From: a virus
Taxonomy: Duplodnaviria; Caudoviricetes
Strand: one strand, 5' to 3'
DNA length: 58,901 nucleotides
IMG/VR virus record: IMGVR_UViG_3300025632_000005
Location: 1 to 58,901 of that record
The position numbers and the translations under genes are program-made. Below are positions 54,709-58,901 of the stretch, piece by piece (position 1 is the first letter of the stretch; each line of letters starts with the position of its first letter). Below the pieces are notes generated by a model. That model ran no database searches. It was not told the DNA's origin and saw nothing but the letters and a program-made list of their open reading frames with translations.

Positions 54709-56553
54709 TTACCTCTTACCATCTTGTGTTACATCCATTCTAAAAGATCCGAGTCGCCAGTTAGTTCCACCCGTAGATGTCGAGATACGGATGATAGCTT
54801 GACGGCTACGAGCACGTGTTCTTATAAATTGTGTGGTAGGTGTTACGGTAAATGGTCCCTTCTCTCTAACTTCGCCATTGGGAAAGTTCTTCAGTTTCAT
54901 TTTTAATGTAACAATACCACCATCATTTATTGTAAAGTCTGGAACGATTCTATCCAAGTACATAATATTATCTCCTGCGCCATAAGATGGAGGAGTTGTA
55001 TCAAACTCTGAAGATTCTAAGAAAGCTTCTTGCTTTTGGCCGTCGGCTGTATATATTCCTTCTGGTTCGTTTGTATATAAATAATTCGTCGTGCTTGTTT
55101 CTTGACCTGTTGTTATCACGTTTTGAAATACTTCTTTATCTTCCCATGTTGTAAATATAGTTGTACCAAATGTCCAATAGTTTTCAACAGGATTATAACT
55201 TACATATCTATCAACCTCTGTAGAATTTCTACTTGGATACAACCATGTCACTTCTCTAAACTCTTGGTTCGTACCCGCATACACTTTTTCTTTTTGGTCA
55301 AAGTTAAAATCATCGTAGACATATCGACGAACTGAACATGGTAAAGCTTTGACAGCACCATCATATACAAAGAAATCTTTTGCACCCATCCAAAATACAC
55401 GACCATCTAATTCAATAGCTGCATGTTGACCAGCAATACCACAGTTAGAACCGAGTTGTCTAAAGTTAAATATAAATGGTGGACCAACAAACTCCATAGC
55501 ATGTACAGCATTGTCTGTCCAGATTAGTGATTGGTTACGAGTGTTCAGTCCAGTGATTAATTCACTACCATCACCCAGTTGATTCTCACCTGATGTACTA
55601 CTAACATTGACATTCCAATTTGTGTAGTCGTTTTGATCTGACCACCTAACAAGCATAGGGTCAAATCCACTAGCTACTCCGTGTGTTCCTAAACAAATAA
55701 CATGTCTGTCTTGTTGTGATACGAACATAAAATTAGAGGCACTTGGAGCTGTCGGTACAACGACGGATCTGTTACCTGTACCACCCGATTGATCCCATAC
55801 ATACAAACGTCCTTCTCGTGGTAGGGCTAATAAATCTTCTCCAAAGTTATCAAGTGACCATTGTCGTAATGGTTCAGTTTGTGCATCACCAGATATACTA
55901 GCAGGACTATTCCATGTACGACGACCAGTAATTGATACACCAGCATTATATATACCAATACCCCAACCCAGTTCTGGTATATTTTGAGAACCACCAGAGT
56001 GTATGTAGAACCGTATGTTAGCTTGGCCTTGGTTGTTAGTTGTGGCTGATGCGGCTACGGTTGTGTTAAATGTAAATTGGTTTTGTGTCGCAGATACAAC
56101 TTCGTGTTGAGCATTATTAAATACAAGATTACCACCAATAGTTGTTGACGATACAGCAATGAAGTAATCACCAACATTAGCTCCATGATTTGTTGTTGAT
56201 ACTTGGATACGTGTTGATCCAGCTTGGGTACTAAATGTTCCTGATGTTGTTATTGACGTACGAATCGGTGTGATGTCTGCATTAGCACCACCAGCATATA
56301 CATATAAATGACTCGGTGTACCAAACGAATGAAACTTGACTCCTGTATTACTTGTGAATGAATGAGCAGATCGACCTGTACCAATGAATGATTGTTGTAC
56401 TCTCTTCTCATAACCACGAATGTTTTCTGGTTTACCTGCACGGAATCGTACCTTATCACCGTTAAACCATCCACCTTTGGAGGCATACTGTGTTGACTCT
56501 CTGTCTATCCCCGGTCTGAAATTTACATCAAATAGAATTGTATCGGTGGACAT
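54709..56553 (-). CDS. Tail nozzle / tubular protein B (P22 gp10-like beta-propeller)
   Basis: PGI.RE.T.Y...GGW...DKVRF, WSLDNFGEDL, VRWSDQ, F.EVTW.YPS and WRLG motifs. Confidence 0.75.
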   Translation of the reverse strand: MSTDTILFDVNFRPGIDRESTQYASKGGWFNGDKVRFRAGKPENIRGYEKRVQQSFIGTGRSAHSFTSNTGVKFHSFGTPSHLYVYAGGANADITPIRTSITTSGTFSTQAGSTRIQVSTTNHGANVGDYFIAVSSTTIGGNLVFNNAQHEVVSATQNQFTFNTTVAASATTNNQGQANIRFYIHSGGSQNIPELGWGIGIYNAGVSITGRRTWNSPASISGDAQTEPLRQWSLDNFGEDLLALPREGRLYVWDQSGGTGNRSVVVPTAPSASNFMFVSQQDRHVICLGTHGVASGFDPMLVRWSDQNDYTNWNVNVSSTSGENQLGDGSELITGLNTRNQSLIWTDNAVHAMEFVGPPFIFNFRQLGSNCGIAGQHAAIELDGRVFWMGAKDFFVYDGAVKALPCSVRRYVYDDFNFDQKEKVYAGTNQEFREVTWLYPSRNSTEVDRYVSYNPVENYWTFGTTIFTTWEDKEVFQNVITTGQETSTTNYLYTNEPEGIYTADGQKQEAFLESSEFDTTPPSYGAGDNIMYLDRIVPDFTINDGGIVTLKMKLKNFPNGEVREKGPFTVTPTTQFIRTRARSRQAIIRISTSTGGTNWRLGSFRMDVTQDGKR

Positions 56554-56572
56554 TTATTCTCTCCACCTTTCT

Positions 56573-57133
56573 CTAAGCCTCATCTGGATTAGCTGGCCAA
56601 TGCCATAGATAACCACTAGATACTGATGTCATTGTTCCGTCACTAGCCGATGCATAGGTTACATATAAACCCGGAACATCGGTGATTGTTGTTACGGCAT
56701 TGATTGCTGTCTTCATAGCTTTAGCTTGTGTTCTTACACTGGCTCTCCATGTTTTCCAATCATCAGCTATAGTTACACCAGCTTCAACTTGTCGAACAGT
56801 CATCCAATCCGTTGGTGATAGAACATTATTAGCATGGTTATCAACTTGACTTAATAGATTTGTTTTTAAACCAGTTAAGTTATGAGTAGTTTTTTCATAA
56901 TGTATAGCTACGTGATCTGTATTAACTGTATAGGTCACACCACCAGTTTCTCTGTGAGTCTTACTATCTATCGTGCTTGTAATCTGTGTAGGATAAATAC
57001 CAATATTTTTAAGATCGGCCTTTGGCCATATACTAAAAATATTACTAGGGTATTGTATACCATTTATGGTTACAGCTTTTGCACCATTTAGTATCTCAAT
57101 TACTTGATCGTTTTTTACTATTGCCCAAGACAT
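56573..57133 (-). CDS. Tail fibre assembly chaperone-like protein
   Basis: QYP.N.F..W...L..IGI, L..TDW.. R..E, WR..VR and C-terminal WP..P; AAGGAG RBS. Confidence 0.65.
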   Translation of the reverse strand: MSWAIVKNDQVIEILNGAKAVTINGIQYPSNIFSIWPKADLKNIGIYPTQITSTIDSKTHRETGGVTYTVNTDHVAIHYEKTTHNLTGLKTNLLSQVDNHANNVLSPTDWMTVRQVEAGVTIADDWKTWRASVRTQAKAMKTAINAVTTITDVPGLYVTYASASDGTMTSVSSGYLWHWPANPDEA

Positions 57134-57187
57134 AATACTCCTTTACGTATGTTTCTATTATTAAATATTTGTTTCATATATACAACC

Positions 57188-58255
57188 CTATCGTGCAGTT
57201 ACAGGACTCGTTCCGTCCCCAACGAATGGATGTTCAGCAAACGCCATATAAATATAAGATGCACCAGATGCATTATTAGAGTTTAAAGTGTTTCTAATTT
57301 TAAAACCATTTGATAGTAAATCCATAGTTATTGATGAAAGACCCGATTCTGGGTCTGTTGTATCAGCAAGTAAAGGTGCACCGATTGGGTTTGCTGGGTA
57401 TCTGGTATTATCAATTATTGACCAATTACCACCAGTGCTAGAATCTGTTCGTTTGATCAGTAACCAAGCTGGTCGGAATCCTGTGTAAATCATAGAACCA
57501 TCTGTACTGCCGTTTCCCTTGTAGGTACCAAATTTACTAAAGCCATCTACTTCGTGCCAGCAGTATGCGACATAATTCTCAGAACTTGTATTAACATCTG
57601 TGTGAGTTCCAATAGAAAAAACTGTACTTGTAGGGGCAGTATCATTCCAAACAGTAGCATCATCTACAACAGCACCAGTAGTATTTAATACTAAATAATC
57701 AGTTTGTGGGTCACTAGAAACCTTATGATGATATACTTTCCAAGCATCACCTTGAGAAAGATTTTTTACCATTATCCAACTTGGTGCTAAAGATAACCCA
57801 TGTCCAATAGTAGCATTGCTACCATTTCCAGTATATTTTACGATTGAAAATCCAGATGTTGTATCAGCTTGGACAGTTGAGGTAATTGAACCATCAGTAT
57901 TACTTGCAGTAGTTCCTCCATTTGCTTTCCAATTCCACCCAACAAAACTTTCATTGTTAGTATTAACTTGGTCTAAACTACCTAATGTAAAACCATCACT
58001 TGTAAAAGAAGTTAATCCCTCTGACTCTGTTGTTTCTGCTGAAGTATTGTCAGACTCTATTTGTTTAGTAACACCTCTTGATGAATCATATAAACCATGA
58101 CTATCTGAGGCATCTCTATTTTTTATCCATGTAAAATCTGGTTTAAACTCTAACCCAGTAATAGTTTTACCTCCAGAACCTATAGCAGTTCCATTACCTT
58201 GGTAAATTGTATTTGTAAAATGTTCTTCGCCATTTGGTATTGTTGGTGTTGCCAT
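57188..58255 (-). CDS. Tail fibre / virion lectin-like repeat protein
   Basis: Repeats of YxGNG...G(L)xF.P.(W)..IK.R; C-terminal YIYMAFAE.PF. Confidence 0.7.
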   Translation of the reverse strand: MATPTIPNGEEHFTNTIYQGNGTAIGSGGKTITGLEFKPDFTWIKNRDASDSHGLYDSSRGVTKQIESDNTSAETTESEGLTSFTSDGFTLGSLDQVNTNNESFVGWNWKANGGTTASNTDGSITSTVQADTTSGFSIVKYTGNGSNATIGHGLSLAPSWIMVKNLSQGDAWKVYHHKVSSDPQTDYLVLNTTGAVVDDATVWNDTAPTSTVFSIGTHTDVNTSSENYVAYCWHEVDGFSKFGTYKGNGSTDGSMIYTGFRPAWLLIKRTDSSTGGNWSIIDNTRYPANPIGAPLLADTTDPESGLSSITMDLLSNGFKIRNTLNSNNASGASYIYMAFAEHPFVGDGTSPVTAR

Positions 58256-58256
58256 G

Positions 58257-58901
58257 TTAACTCCCTATATTCTTTGTACATAATGCTAGATAATTTGTTG
58301 GTGGTGCATAATAGAAGTTACCCAATTCATTAGCATCTGTATTACCTTGTGCTGTTTCTGTTCCACCAAAGGTGCCCTCTTGTCCAAAGTTCCAACATAC
58401 TATTGAACCACTATAATGACTATTTCCAAAAACTACATTATCAGCAAATGCTTTTGTATTAGCCTCATTATTTCCTGCTGATGGGTCTCCACTAGCTTGC
58501 CACACAAAAGAACCACTATTATTATGTCCAAACCAAATCTTTTTATTATCCATATCAATTGCTAAAGCACCTATTTTTCCATCACCAACAGCATTACCCC
58601 AACTACCTGTAGTTGTGCTATCTTCATTTCGTCTACCATCAGCACCAAAACCAATATCTTTATCACCACTTGTGTTGCCAGGATTTAATCCAGAAGTGCT
58701 TAAATTTTTAATAGTATTATAAATCCCTATCATAGGATATTCACCCAAACTTGCATTATTATATCTAATCTCAGCATACCATTTTCCTGTACTTGGTAAT
58801 AATATTGATGCACCACTTCCAGTAAATGCTGAGGCAGTTGATTGTAAATTACCATTACTTAAAGTAATACTTGAGTGAGTATTAAGAGGATTCATTACAC
58901 A
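58257..58901 (-). CDS. C-terminal SPRY-like part of the origin-spanning tail fibre protein
   Basis: SNGNL, TGKWYAE, ALAIDMDNKKIWFG..G.W...GDP, NFGQ and F.Y.PP..YLALCT. Confidence 0.8.
   Translation of the reverse strand, partial: CVMNPLNTHSSITLSNGNLQSTASAFTGSGASILLPSTGKWYAEIRYNNASLGEYPMIGIYNTIKNLSTSGLNPGNTSGDKDIGFGADGRRNEDSTTTGSWGNAVGDGKIGALAIDMDNKKIWFGHNNSGSFVWQASGDPSAGNNEANTKAFADNVVFGNSHYSGSIVCWNFGQEGTFGGTETAQGNTDANELGNFYYAPPTNYLALCTKNIGS
58775..58901. repeat. Terminal direct overlap with 1-127
   Basis: Exact 127-bp identity. Confidence 0.95.

Noticed and set aside
58775-58901. 127-bp end repeat as a biological direct terminal repeat
   Set aside because: Length equals a common assembler k-mer and the join falls inside a continuous tail-fibre reading frame, so it is an assembly circularisation overlap
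57188-58901. Diversity-generating retroelement acting on tail fibres
   Set aside because: No reverse transcriptase and no template/variable repeat pair differing at adenines was seen

Overview
This window is an apparently complete, circularly assembled genome (about 58,774 bp; bases 1-127 repeat at 58775-58901) of an AT-rich, lytic-looking podovirus-like dsDNA phage. The host is probably a marine alphaproteobacterium (inference). The plus-strand arm (about 24-40 kb) carries small early genes, an orphan C5 DNA methyltransferase, an HNH nuclease and an iteron-like repeat block. It also has a T7-like replication set (primase-helicase, PolA, SSB, PD-(D/E)xK exonuclease, endonuclease I) and a class II (B12) ribonucleotide reductase, but no RNA polymerase that I can recognise. 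The minus-strand arm carries terminase, portal, GroES, scaffold, capsid, tail and ejection genes, plus several glycan-modifying enzyme genes. Main observations: (1) an unannotated 24-aa PqqA-like PQQ precursor peptide gene with its own promoter, structured leader, RBS and downstream hairpin; (2) a recurring hydrophobic-x-x-G-G-x-V/I motif in about 8 late or virion proteins, suggesting a shared processing or targeting signal; (3) a portal fused to a lytic-transglycosylase-like domain with a possible internal start; (4) a two-subunit C5 methyltransferase whose second chain is nested out of frame; (5) a distributed glycosylation and tailoring gene set. All calls come from reading motifs by eye; no searches were run.
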